A stretch of DNA of 63,987 bases, counting the filler, from an uncultured bacterium (GTDB lineage: Bacteria; Hinthialibacterota; Hinthialibacteria; Hinthialibacterales; Hinthialibacteraceae), in the NCBI GenBank assembly GCA_964449065.1. It is 4 parts of 4 records of this genome, joined end to end, with 100 filler letters (N's around TTAATTAATTAA, not from the genome) between each part and the next. Parts side by side here need not be neighbours in the genome. Positions count along the whole stretch, not along the records: positions 32,983 to 49,338 come from CAYVAZ010000088.1; 3 more parts are not named here. The stretch is one strand, 5' to 3'. Both the position numbers and the translations under genes were made by a program. The stretch's first letter is position 1. Each line of letters begins with the position of its first letter. The notes beneath the pieces were generated by a model, which was not told the origin of the DNA, ran no database searches, and saw nothing but the letters and a program-made list of their open reading frames with translations. This document shows positions 37,201 through 45,310 of the stretch, piece by piece.

Positions 37201-38361
37201 AATGATGGGATTCCCGCTGCGGTCATTCAGGTTCAATACATAATTCGCTTGATCACCGGGACCGGTGTTTTGTGGAATATTGGCATAAAAGATTTGATTC
37301 TGCTGCGTCCCGCTGTCTATTGCAATGGAAGAGGGCATTTCTTCAAATTCCAACTGAAAACCGGATTGATGCGTAAATTCCGGAAATACTTCAACCTGTT
37401 CCAATCCGGTATTTTCCATCTCAAACCGTAACGGAACTCTCATACCGGGGATGCCGGCCATTTTCAATTCCCGCAATTGCAGGAGTTTTTGGTTGAACTC
37501 AAAATCGAAGAATTCTTCCGCACTGCGGAACCAAAAATCCACCTGCTGTGAATTCAACACCAAATCCTGCTTGGGGACATGCAGCCGCCATACTTTCCCC
37601 TCTTCATCAGCCGGGATATCCGCACGTAACGAAAAACTTGTTGTTAATTTGTTCAAAAACAACCGCTCAACCACTTCGCCGCTTGAATTGTGAATCCGTA
37701 ATGTTTGAGGGATACCGGCATTGTGGATGGTTGACACATTAAAGGCCACTTCGCCGGGCGGGGCTTTAAAAAATAGATCGATAGACCGGGAGCCATCAAT
37801 AAATTCTAAGGTGGATCGTAGGGCGGAATGCCGGGAACTAACCGCCGCATCATAATACATATCCCGGCCGGCAGTGGTTCGAAGCGTGTAAATTCCTGTG
37901 GCGGGTAAAGAAATGGTAAATTGCTGGTTTTGTATTGGCCCAAATACCACATTGTTCGTAGCATTGCCATCCCCCGGAATCGAATGGCTGACCACGGGTT
38001 GATCGAAGGCATCAAAAATCGTAAACGAGAACGAGTCTTCACCCTGCGAGACATTGAGATCGCGCTTCATAATTTCTGCAATGATTTCTGTCTCTTCCGC
38101 CAAAAAAATCAGTTCCACATTCCCCCGCAGGGCCGCAGTGGAGCGATTGTTAAGAACGGAAGGATCAATCGCCGCTTTTACAGGAGCAACAATCTTAAAT
38201 TCAGGCTTGTCAGCAGGATGCACGGGTTGGGAGTATTGCGTGTAATGATTTGAAGAAAAAACCGATTCATCCATTCCTTGGTTTTGTCCCCACAAAGAAG
38301 TTTCAGCCATTCCGTATTCCAAAACACAAATTAAAACCAGCGAAGTACGTAAAATCATCAT
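34249..38361 (-). CDS. Large multidomain heparinase II/III / alginate-lyase-like polysaccharide lyase
   Basis: NWQSWHN, DGIWQEGSVGYHFF, HGHFDKLHLSLY, TIGHNTIIVN; signal peptide; extra beta domains. Confidence 0.8.
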   Translation of the reverse strand: MMILRTSLVLICVLEYGMAETSLWGQNQGMDESVFSSNHYTQYSQPVHPADKPEFKIVAPVKAAIDPSVLNNRSTAALRGNVELIFLAEETEIIAEIMKRDLNVSQGEDSFSFTIFDAFDQPVVSHSIPGDGNATNNVVFGPIQNQQFTISLPATGIYTLRTTAGRDMYYDAAVSSRHSALRSTLEFIDGSRSIDLFFKAPPGEVAFNVSTIHNAGIPQTLRIHNSSGEVVERLFLNKLTTSFSLRADIPADEEGKVWRLHVPKQDLVLNSQQVDFWFRSAEEFFDFEFNQKLLQLRELKMAGIPGMRVPLRFEMENTGLEQVEVFPEFTHQSGFQLEFEEMPSSIAIDSGTQQNQIFYANIPQNTGPGDQANYVLNLNDRSGNPIISSKVDVRVVEQKQLDPSRQFLFFSPDELEEIRRLGREGEPYQQSIYNSIIRQADRYVEQNLPVPDEEAHWRGTYICDGIGDGDDDPNDGTGAPLIFDPLRPGEYICSVDGERYQGERYRRGWIGEYYFELFNRILRIGYAYNLEPKPEYAQYLRKTFLDIADRYQSYPLDDYQGNPSAWAARLMTETLGEAMGLTSILPAYDAVRASKHFSREDRAHIEWNFIRPAVKIIESNLMGITNWQSWHNTAIGLAGFLMDDQELIDSALHGENGHEFVKTVSIREDGIWQEGSVGYHFFGMVAMNHLLEAMDAHGLEPFDEKIELAYSSILDIMQPDGSFPALNDSPPDFIHFRASSFEIANGHYANPVFDQILTFIYETRGFGRGTAEALLFGKPYESTPFSIDSTIKPKMGLSTLRSGSGLEDQHTMMDYGPHGQFHGHFDKLHLSLYGAGENWLPDLGTGATNVPEFSGWFRNTIGHNTIIVNEQPQKIDTEETRDIRFYRNSFPAMQVMQAAFGAPVYPQGANVRRTVITSNDEYSIVIDDVSGARGAIDLVFHSSGWFDPSPGFEPLGGAPGWNNSSASGYQFLQPPIVEKEKAAEIMQYTTADGVHIVTQKEYGFTDDMESITEWSGNINLSDDATEGNTSLSWVVVPRDFQSVSKSFDTLNQKPVPDRITFDYKLEGNTFDFLTMQLTSLPDFAASGWIITSGTRAITNQWQQADLDLTQPDFVNGSGFQFSEIRFEVFNANQEEGAFKILIDNIQAWKGDTLIEPEERRIRFQFPGGQSTQYFLTDGPSIRPPRTHPVVLARRGNTQSTQHITVISPEEANEENEFMVQHIQPGELRFVGSVRDTVFEFNTETNRYALFSNGTITNELAAIGTLDFVHPESLIHYQSNHAADISIQWMVNVPNWVHYTKNNETNDTLVLRDMPFNSIEITLDDQPFFQFDMEINERGNVNLILKDLPQGEHQFTINSETSADVESWEVY

Positions 38362-38549
38362 GCAAACCTTTTCGTGAAATTTGTCGTTTTGCTAAGTATA
38401 TCGTATATCGGTCTCTATGCACAAAATCAAAAAAAAACAACCCCTCTTTTTTGATTTTATCAGCCAGTATTTTTGCAACCTTCATTATTTGTAAGATATT
38501 ATATTTCAAATACTTACAAAATATATATCGAGAATAAGTCATCTTACTA

Positions 38550-38594
38550 TTGACTGAATCGTATATAGGAAAGATAATTTGGCATGAAAATTTA
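38550..38594 (+). promoter_or_regulatory. rpoN sigma70 promoter with overlapping sigma54-like box
   Basis: TTGACT-N17-GATAAT (38550-38578) immediately followed by TTGGCATGAAAATTTA. Confidence 0.55.
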
Positions 38595-38703
38595 TATGAT
38601 GAGGGGCATGGTTTTGTAAAAAGAAATATGACATTTTTACCCTTTCTTTTACTCTATCCCATCCCTTCATTTCACCTTGAATCAAAGAAGTTACGGTACC
38701 CAA

Positions 38704-40137
38704 ATGGATCAAAGACTGCAATTACAACAAAAGATGTCGCAACGGCTTATCATGACGCCGCAGATGCAGCAGTCGATTCAACTCTTGCAGTTGTCTACGC
38801 TGGAACTGTCTGAATTGTTGCAAGAAGAAATGACGGAAAACCCGATGTTGGAAGAAGAAGAACCGGTGGATACAAATGTCAACAAAGATGAAGACATGCC
38901 GGTTTCTGAAAATGGAGAAAACCACAACGAAGAAAAAGGCATCATAGAACTGGACGACAATTGGGAAGATTACTTTTCTGACAGCAGCGATATCGGATAT
39001 ATATCCTCCGGCACAAGTTATGCTACAGAAGAGGAAGAAGAATACAACACCCAAATCGCGCAAGAAGAGAATCTGAAAGACCATATGAACTGGCAGCTGC
39101 ATGTCAGTGCCGCCAACCAATTGCAGCGAACCATCGGCGAATACTTGATTGAAAATATCGACGAAGACGGTTATGTGTTAATCGACTTAAAAGAAGCCGC
39201 CGACTTTTTGGATTGCCCGCTTGAAAGTGTGGAAGAAACCCTTGCCCTGATTCAAACCTTTGATCCGTCCGGCATCGGCGCGCGCAGCCTGTCGGAATGC
39301 TTGGAAATCCAATGCCGGCACATGGATATCGACGATGACGATATCCTCGCGGTCATCCGCCATCACATGGATCAGCTGGAACGCCGCCGCTTTAAAGAAA
39401 TCGCCCGCGCGTTGGGGGTCACCGAACAGCATGTGCAGGAAATATCCGACTTTATCAGCACATTGGTTCCGCGTCCGGGGAGGAAATACACTCCCACATC
39501 TAACGAATACATCTCCCCCGACGTGTTTGTCGAGCGTGTGGGGGGCGAATGGCAGATTCGCGTGAACGATGACGGCGCCCCGCCTTTGCGCATCAGCAAA
39601 AAATACCTGGATATGCTGCACAACAAAGACGGCATCACCGGCGAAGAATATGACTTTATCAAGAAAAAATTTCAGTCGGCGATTTGGTTGATCCGCAACA
39701 TTGAACAACGCAACCGTACCCTCTACCGGGTCACCAAAGCCATCATGGATAAGCAGGAACGCTTTTTGGAAGAAGGCATCACAGTTCTCAAACCCTTAAA
39801 GCTCAAAGACATCGCCGATGAGTTGGGCATTCACGAAGCCACGGTCTGCCGGGTGGTGAACAAAAAATACGTGCAAACCATTCGCGGTTTATTTGAATTA
39901 AAATACTTTTTTTCTACCGGGCTTGAATCGGGCGGCAACGATGATATGTCATCCAAAAGCGTCATGGAAATCATCCGCAACCTGATCGATGAAGAAGACG
40001 AAAAGAAACCGCTTTCCGATCAAAAAATTATGGAAATCCTCCACAAAGATTATGACCTCAACATCGCCCGCCGCACGGTGGCAAAGTACCGCGAAAAAAT
40101 GGGCATCTTGCCCACCAGCAAACGCAAACGCGTGTAG
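38704..40137 (+). CDS. rpoN: RNA polymerase sigma-54 factor
   Basis: Q-rich region I (MTPQMQQSIQLLQL), HEATVCRV, RpoN box ARRTVAKYRE. Confidence 0.97.
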   Translation: MDQRLQLQQKMSQRLIMTPQMQQSIQLLQLSTLELSELLQEEMTENPMLEEEEPVDTNVNKDEDMPVSENGENHNEEKGIIELDDNWEDYFSDSSDIGYISSGTSYATEEEEEYNTQIAQEENLKDHMNWQLHVSAANQLQRTIGEYLIENIDEDGYVLIDLKEAADFLDCPLESVEETLALIQTFDPSGIGARSLSECLEIQCRHMDIDDDDILAVIRHHMDQLERRRFKEIARALGVTEQHVQEISDFISTLVPRPGRKYTPTSNEYISPDVFVERVGGEWQIRVNDDGAPPLRISKKYLDMLHNKDGITGEEYDFIKKKFQSAIWLIRNIEQRNRTLYRVTKAIMDKQERFLEEGITVLKPLKLKDIADELGIHEATVCRVVNKKYVQTIRGLFELKYFFSTGLESGGNDDMSSKSVMEIIRNLIDEEDEKKPLSDQKIMEILHKDYDLNIARRTVAKYREKMGILPTSKRKRV

Positions 40138-40153
40138 GGTTTTTATACACATC

Positions 40154-41326
40154 TTAATCGGATGCGGGCAGCAGTTTGATCGAATACAAATTCACAACCT
40201 GCTGCGGCTCATCAATCGCTGGCGGCTGGGTTTGAAACTGCACCAAATTCTTCCCTTCCACCAATTCCAACGCAATCGAATAATCAGTCGGTTCATCCCC
40301 CGCCGCATAGAAAGAAGAAACGTCTTCTCCATTGCAGGTCACGCTTACCTTCGGCAACTCCATTGTATCCGGCTCGTTATCAACAACTTCACCATCTGGC
40401 GACAGCCGCAATTGTAATGAATAAAAACCCGCTTCAGCAATGTAAAGATTGAATAGTCCGCTTGTGGTTAACCGGTATGGTGTTGAAGACTGGGGGGGCA
40501 ACAATTCGCTCAAAGAAATAACCTGTCCGTCCTGTACGAACGGTTGACCCAATAATGAACTTCTTAAATATAAGGCTGCTCTATCGTTTGGATAGAACGC
40601 TAAATACCGCTGGATTGCCGCTAACGCTTCTTCGTTTTTACCTAAATATTTATAGGCAAATGCAAGAATAAAGTAACGTTTTTCATGTTCCGCGTTTTCC
40701 AGGCGCAAAAATTCCAGCCATTGCTCTTCGGCAAGTTCCCACCGCTGACTGCGTACAAACCAGTACAAATCCTCACACGCCGGTTCCAGTATGCCTTGCT
40801 CCAAATAGGATCTCCCCCGTTCATAATAGGTATACAGGCGGGTTAACCCCGTTCCATATTGCATGGTTTGATCAAAATGGTGGATGGCTTTGTCATACTG
40901 CTGCAATTGCTCCAGTGCCATTCCAATGGAAAGATGCCATTGTCCGTGCTTGCCTTTCGGATAGATTGCCAATACGTCTTGGTAATATTCCACGGCAATT
41001 TTCCGTTCCGGTGTGGCGCCTAATATGCGGTACGAATCCGCGATACCGATTTTGGCATTCGCCAAATATTCTTGATGGCGCTTCAAGCCGGATTCTTTGA
41101 AAAGCGTGGCGTATTGCTTTTGGGCATGAGAAAACGCCTCCACAGCCAACTCTAAATTCCCCGCTTGCAGATTCTCCCTGCCAATTCGCATGGAAACGCC
41201 CGGCTGCGTCTTTTCGATCCCCAGCATCACGCCGGGGTTATTTGTTAAATAGAGAAAAAGAGGGTATGAGACGGCGGTCATCAAAAGCCATACGAGGAGA
41301 AGAAAGAGGTGAAAACGGTTCAGCAT
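40154..41326 (-). CDS. Membrane-anchored TPR-repeat protein
   Basis: N-terminal TM, several TPR-like repeats, C-terminal beta domain. Confidence 0.65.
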   Translation of the reverse strand: MLNRFHLFLLLVWLLMTAVSYPLFLYLTNNPGVMLGIEKTQPGVSMRIGRENLQAGNLELAVEAFSHAQKQYATLFKESGLKRHQEYLANAKIGIADSYRILGATPERKIAVEYYQDVLAIYPKGKHGQWHLSIGMALEQLQQYDKAIHHFDQTMQYGTGLTRLYTYYERGRSYLEQGILEPACEDLYWFVRSQRWELAEEQWLEFLRLENAEHEKRYFILAFAYKYLGKNEEALAAIQRYLAFYPNDRAALYLRSSLLGQPFVQDGQVISLSELLPPQSSTPYRLTTSGLFNLYIAEAGFYSLQLRLSPDGEVVDNEPDTMELPKVSVTCNGEDVSSFYAAGDEPTDYSIALELVEGKNLVQFQTQPPAIDEPQQVVNLYSIKLLPASD

Positions 41327-41352
41327 AATTAATTGGTTGAAAAGAGAAAAAT

Positions 41353-42045
41353 CTACATTTTTTTGCGGGCGTCTTTGGTCAACTTTTGCGCTTTTTGCAA
41401 GAGTTGATTGCGGCCGCGCATGAACGATTTCATCCGGTCTTTTTGTTGTTGCTGTTTGAGGGCCATGCCGATCAAATCCTTATCGACCACTTTTTCCACT
41501 TCTTCTTGGGTTTGACAGGGCCGGTACTTGATTTTGTTTTCTTGCTGCAAGGCTTCAAACTCGTCTTCCAAGTTTTCAATTTCTTCGTCTGACAGTTGTC
41601 CCTTGCTGCGGCGGAAATAGGTTATCACCGTTAGGGTAGAAGGATACATATCGGCGGCAATTTGCTGAATCCAGTTTTCGATATAATCGTCCTGATACTT
41701 TAAAACTGTTTCTTTCCACATCGGAAAATCAAGCTTCGTGGGCGCATAGCAATCATCCGGCTTGTCTGTGATGACCAATCCGATCACTTTGCCTTTTAAG
41801 TCACCGCTTAACCGGTTTTGCGCCTGGCGGTATAGCTCAACCCCATCACTGGCAATGTGTTTGCCGCCTTTTGTCAATATCTCCTTCAATTCCATCTGTA
41901 CCCGTTTGTATTCAGGAGATACCAACAGAATCACCGGAATTTTTTCGGCTTCGCTTTTATTTGAACCTTTGGAATCGCCGTAATGCAAAGAGCGCTTCGC
42001 TTTTACTCCGGCCACTTGACGGTCTGCCCAATCTTCTTTAGCCAT
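41353..42045 (-). CDS. Hypothetical protein
   Basis: 230-aa ORF with ordinary composition; no family recognised. Confidence 0.6.
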   Translation of the reverse strand: MAKEDWADRQVAGVKAKRSLHYGDSKGSNKSEAEKIPVILLVSPEYKRVQMELKEILTKGGKHIASDGVELYRQAQNRLSGDLKGKVIGLVITDKPDDCYAPTKLDFPMWKETVLKYQDDYIENWIQQIAADMYPSTLTVITYFRRSKGQLSDEEIENLEDEFEALQQENKIKYRPCQTQEEVEKVVDKDLIGMALKQQQQKDRMKSFMRGRNQLLQKAQKLTKDARKKM

Positions 42046-42148
42046 ATAAAATCCAATTCGGGATCATGTTATTTATTCTTCTGTCCATTATTATAATCGA
42101 TTTTTTCGGTAATAAAAATAAAGTCTAATGATTAATGCTTCGGCAAAG

Positions 42149-42323
42149 GTAATAGGCCAGCCGCTTGAAGAGAAATTCCCCATCCCAAAGGTGGGAGGAG
42201 TTAGGGGTGGGTTTAAAGCACTGAGCGTTTAACCCCCACCTAACCTCCCCCATTGCATTGGGGGAGGAATGAGGAAATCGATTCGATTTTTTGAATATGC
42301 ACTTCATATCGCTGACCTGTTAT
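42149..42323. mobile_element. Family B MITE with 8-bp target-site duplication
   Basis: TIRs GTAATAGGCCAG / CTGACCTGTTAT flanked by CGGCAAAG at 42141-42148 and 42324-42331. Confidence 0.85.
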
Positions 42324-42691
42324 CGGCAAAGACTAAAATGGTGTTTAACACGAAGGCGTATATTGCAGTATAGACTTCTTCAGTATAGACTTTATGCCTT
42401 CACAGCATATAGTAGCACAATGGAAGATGGCGTTTCCTGGTTGAATAGGAGTATGGCTGAGAAGGAGTATGGCTAGGCAAGCCCGCTGCCTATAGTGGAC
42501 AATTTCTCGCGAGAGCACATTCAGAAGTACAACCTGCCATCGCGAAACATCCCCTGTCCGGCAGCCCACCGAAGAAATCCTTCACGCATAGATGTGTGCG
42601 CAGTGCGGTTTGTTCAGGGGGAAAGACTTTGGGAAATTCTATCAACCCTCTCAGGCACGCTATAGTTTGATTGAGATGTATTGAAATAGGC

Positions 42692-43348
42692 TTAATTCCG
42701 TAAAACGATATCCCCTACACTCATGAGGCCGTTAGTGGCGGCATACGGAAAAGCGTAACTCAGTGATGTCCCGACAGTTTCACCCAGGCCGAATTTTCCG
42801 TCTGGCCCGATACCAACCATCATGTATTCATTCGGCCCAAGTTCATCCAATCCAAAAACACGTGCGTTTTCAGCGGTATAAGCCAACGCGCCATGATCAA
42901 TACCTGAATCTTCCACATCGTTATCAACATAGCCGTAGGTATCGGTATTCCAATAATCACTCACTTCCGCGGCGGTCCGTTTGCGGCGGTCCAATCCGGC
43001 AAACGAGTCTATTGGGATTGAGGAAAGATAGGCAACCGGTGTGGTGAGAGGAGCAAACGCTTCATAAAAAGAACGGCGTCCCTGGTAGCGGTGTCCTACG
43101 CCGTTAAAAATGCTGTCTATTCGCTGCAAGCCCCAATCGGTATCGTCATCCCACATATCGACCAGCAAAACACCCCGGTCTAAACGGTTGGTTTCGACCG
43201 CAGTGCTGATGGTCCGCAAATCCGCGTAGCTGCGTGATATTTTTGCCCGCATTTGCGCATTGAGGAAGTTTGGGACAGCGATCGCCGCCAAAATTCCGAT
43301 AATGGCAACCACAATCAGCAGTTCAATCAGTGTGAATCCTTTTATCAT
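42692..43348 (-). CDS. Solo prepilin-type N-terminal cleavage/methylation domain protein (paralog of 21869-22570)
   Basis: G/FTLIELLIVVAIIGILAAIAVPNFLNAQMRAK; LTTPVAY; GIGPDG; TNGLMSVGDI. Confidence 0.88.
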   Translation of the reverse strand: MIKGFTLIELLIVVAIIGILAAIAVPNFLNAQMRAKISRSYADLRTISTAVETNRLDRGVLLVDMWDDDTDWGLQRIDSIFNGVGHRYQGRRSFYEAFAPLTTPVAYLSSIPIDSFAGLDRRKRTAAEVSDYWNTDTYGYVDNDVEDSGIDHGALAYTAENARVFGLDELGPNEYMMVGIGPDGKFGLGETVGTSLSYAFPYAATNGLMSVGDIVLRN

Positions 43349-43480
43349 TCGTTCACCCTTACTGATTAAAAAGATTTTTCTTCCTTTTATTTTAGATATT
43401 ATTATGCGGATTATGTGAGAATTGAATTAATTTTATGTGGTTAAGTCAAATTAACTTTTACTCTCTAACCTCAATAATGA

Positions 43481-43508
43481 TTGACAATCCTTGTTTGAAA
43501 AATATACT
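43481..43508 (+). promoter_or_regulatory. sigma70 promoter of tRNA-Leu
   Basis: TTGACA-N16-TATACT, 13 nt before the tRNA. Confidence 0.7.
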
Positions 43509-43521
43509 CATTATCAGTCTT

Positions 43522-43603
43522 GCCCGGGTGGTGGAATTGGTAGACACGTACGCTTGAGGGGCGTATGGCCTTGGCCGTGCGAGTTCGACTCTCGCCTCGG
43601 GCA
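43522..43603 (+). tRNA. tRNA-Leu (anticodon GAG), CCA not encoded
   Basis: Acceptor GCCCGGG/CTCGGGC, D-loop GGAATTGGTAGAC, anticodon arm TACGC-TTGAGGG-GCGTA, long variable arm, GTTCGAC T-loop. Confidence 0.96.
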
Positions 43604-43646
43604 TGTTTCTTTTTATCATTCTTCTATAACATCTTCAAATAACCTC

Positions 43647-45260
43647 ATGAATTCACTCCAATCTGAAACGGTTCGTTTGCACGCCGGCATCAAACTATTG
43701 TTTGTATCCTGGACCGCATTGCTGGCTGCCTGGTTGTTTGAGCATTCTATACTGGGTTGCGAGTTGGCCTCGTGGGACGGCTACGAACGCAGTGCCTGGG
43801 GAGCTTCGATTTGGTATGACATCCGCCATTTTGACTTATTTCATCTCTGGCGGCATACCAATGAACAAGTCGTATGGCCGCCGCTTCATTCTTGGATAAC
43901 CGGCACTTTGTTTGTACTCTTCGGTGCCTCGCTAGAGACCGCCCGGTTGGTGTGTATTGGGTCGCTGCTGCTTTCCGCCTGGTTTCTGTTCCAGTATTTC
44001 AATCTGCAACAAGTCGGTGCGGTTGCCGCCGCAATCGTGTCATGGCTGCTGCTGACAGCGTCTCCCTTCATCGCCCATCATGCCACCAGCATTATGAGCG
44101 AACTGCCCGGTTTGTGTTTGGTCTATGCGGTATTGGTTTCTTTGCCGAAAGACAATGACCAACAGCAATCCTTTTTCCTGCCCGGAGTATTGTTGGGACT
44201 GCTGTTTTTATACAAATACAACTACGCCGGGTTAACCTATGCGGCATTGTTTCTATCGCGGTGGATGCAATCCGGCTTTGCCATAAAGGGGTTTATCACC
44301 AAACAAAACCTGCAATATTTCGGCATCCCTTTGCTTATATTGGCGTTGTGGTTTATCCCCGATTTGAAAGAAAAAATCGGCGGGTTCGCGTATTTTGCCG
44401 CCAACAACCCCAACGCCCGCACCCCCTTAAGCTGGGAAAGTATCATCCTGTATCCCATCCGCCTGCCGGAGGTGTTCTTTGCCGCCGATTGGGTGTGTTA
44501 TGTATCCGCCGGCATTATGGTCATCGGACTTTTCCTGTCACCCAAACGATTTGTTATGAATCCGGTATTCACACTATTTTGGGTGCATTTTTTGGCCGCG
44601 GTTGTTCATCCCATGAAAGACATTCGTTTTGTATTCATCCCCATGGGCATGTGGTTTTTGTTGACCGGAATCTCGCTGCAATGGATCATCCAGCGTTTTT
44701 TGTTCCTACAAACATTACCCGGCAAAATTTTAACGGCTTCTGTAATAGCCGCATTTATCACAATAAGTCTATCCGCACAAATACCGCTCTATCAAAAACA
44801 GCATTTATCCATGGAAACCCGCCATGAAGGCATCATTCACATTTTGACCGGTTTTGTTCAACACAAAGATTTCACCGGCCTGTTCATCTCGCACGATTTA
44901 TTCATGCCCCCGGCCATCAATTTCTATTTCACCACCATTATGGATACCCTGCCCAGACGGAGCTATGACGAACCGCAACGGTGGTCTTTCTATTATCTGC
45001 TGCAACCAAAAGAGAGCGTTGCCCAGACCCCTGTCGATGAGAGCATCAAAGCTTTGCGGCATGAAATGTTCGTGCGCAAGACCAACAAAGTAATCGTACT
45101 GCAATCGCTGGCTCCGGAAAAAATCGTGAACTTCGATCTGTGGTACGGCGGGGCGTATGTGATGAGCCAACGCCTGAACGAAATGGAAGAACTCACGCTG
45201 CTTTATGAAAGACGCTTCAGTGATATCGACCTGCTGGTGAAAGTGTACCGTGTTCATTGA
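43647..45260 (+). CDS. GT-C fold (PMT/ArnT-like, GT39-type) membrane glycosyltransferase
   Basis: Many TM helices, WPPL..W, ARL, MSE, KYNY, RF motifs; start moved downstream of the tRNA. Confidence 0.7.
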   Translation: MNSLQSETVRLHAGIKLLFVSWTALLAAWLFEHSILGCELASWDGYERSAWGASIWYDIRHFDLFHLWRHTNEQVVWPPLHSWITGTLFVLFGASLETARLVCIGSLLLSAWFLFQYFNLQQVGAVAAAIVSWLLLTASPFIAHHATSIMSELPGLCLVYAVLVSLPKDNDQQQSFFLPGVLLGLLFLYKYNYAGLTYAALFLSRWMQSGFAIKGFITKQNLQYFGIPLLILALWFIPDLKEKIGGFAYFAANNPNARTPLSWESIILYPIRLPEVFFAADWVCYVSAGIMVIGLFLSPKRFVMNPVFTLFWVHFLAAVVHPMKDIRFVFIPMGMWFLLTGISLQWIIQRFLFLQTLPGKILTASVIAAFITISLSAQIPLYQKQHLSMETRHEGIIHILTGFVQHKDFTGLFISHDLFMPPAINFYFTTIMDTLPRRSYDEPQRWSFYYLLQPKESVAQTPVDESIKALRHEMFVRKTNKVIVLQSLAPEKIVNFDLWYGGAYVMSQRLNEMEELTLLYERRFSDIDLLVKVYRVH

Positions 45261-45310
45261 CCAAAAACCGGTCTATACTTTTTCAAATACCAATCCAAGA
45301 GTGCAACAAT

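Noticed and set aside
42366..42474. Possible mini-CRISPR array
   Set aside because: Repeats are 12 bp with 3-4 nt gaps; no spacers and no cas genes
22570..42692. Family B MITE downstream of both solo pilin genes
   Set aside because: Different distance and opposite relative orientation; likely coincidence for a high-copy element
43522..43603. tRNA as integration site of a genomic island
   Set aside because: No integrase and no duplicated tRNA 3' end noticed in the contig
43491..43646. N-terminal extension of the 589-aa ORF
   Set aside because: Overlaps tRNA-Leu and its promoter; real start is likely ATG 43647
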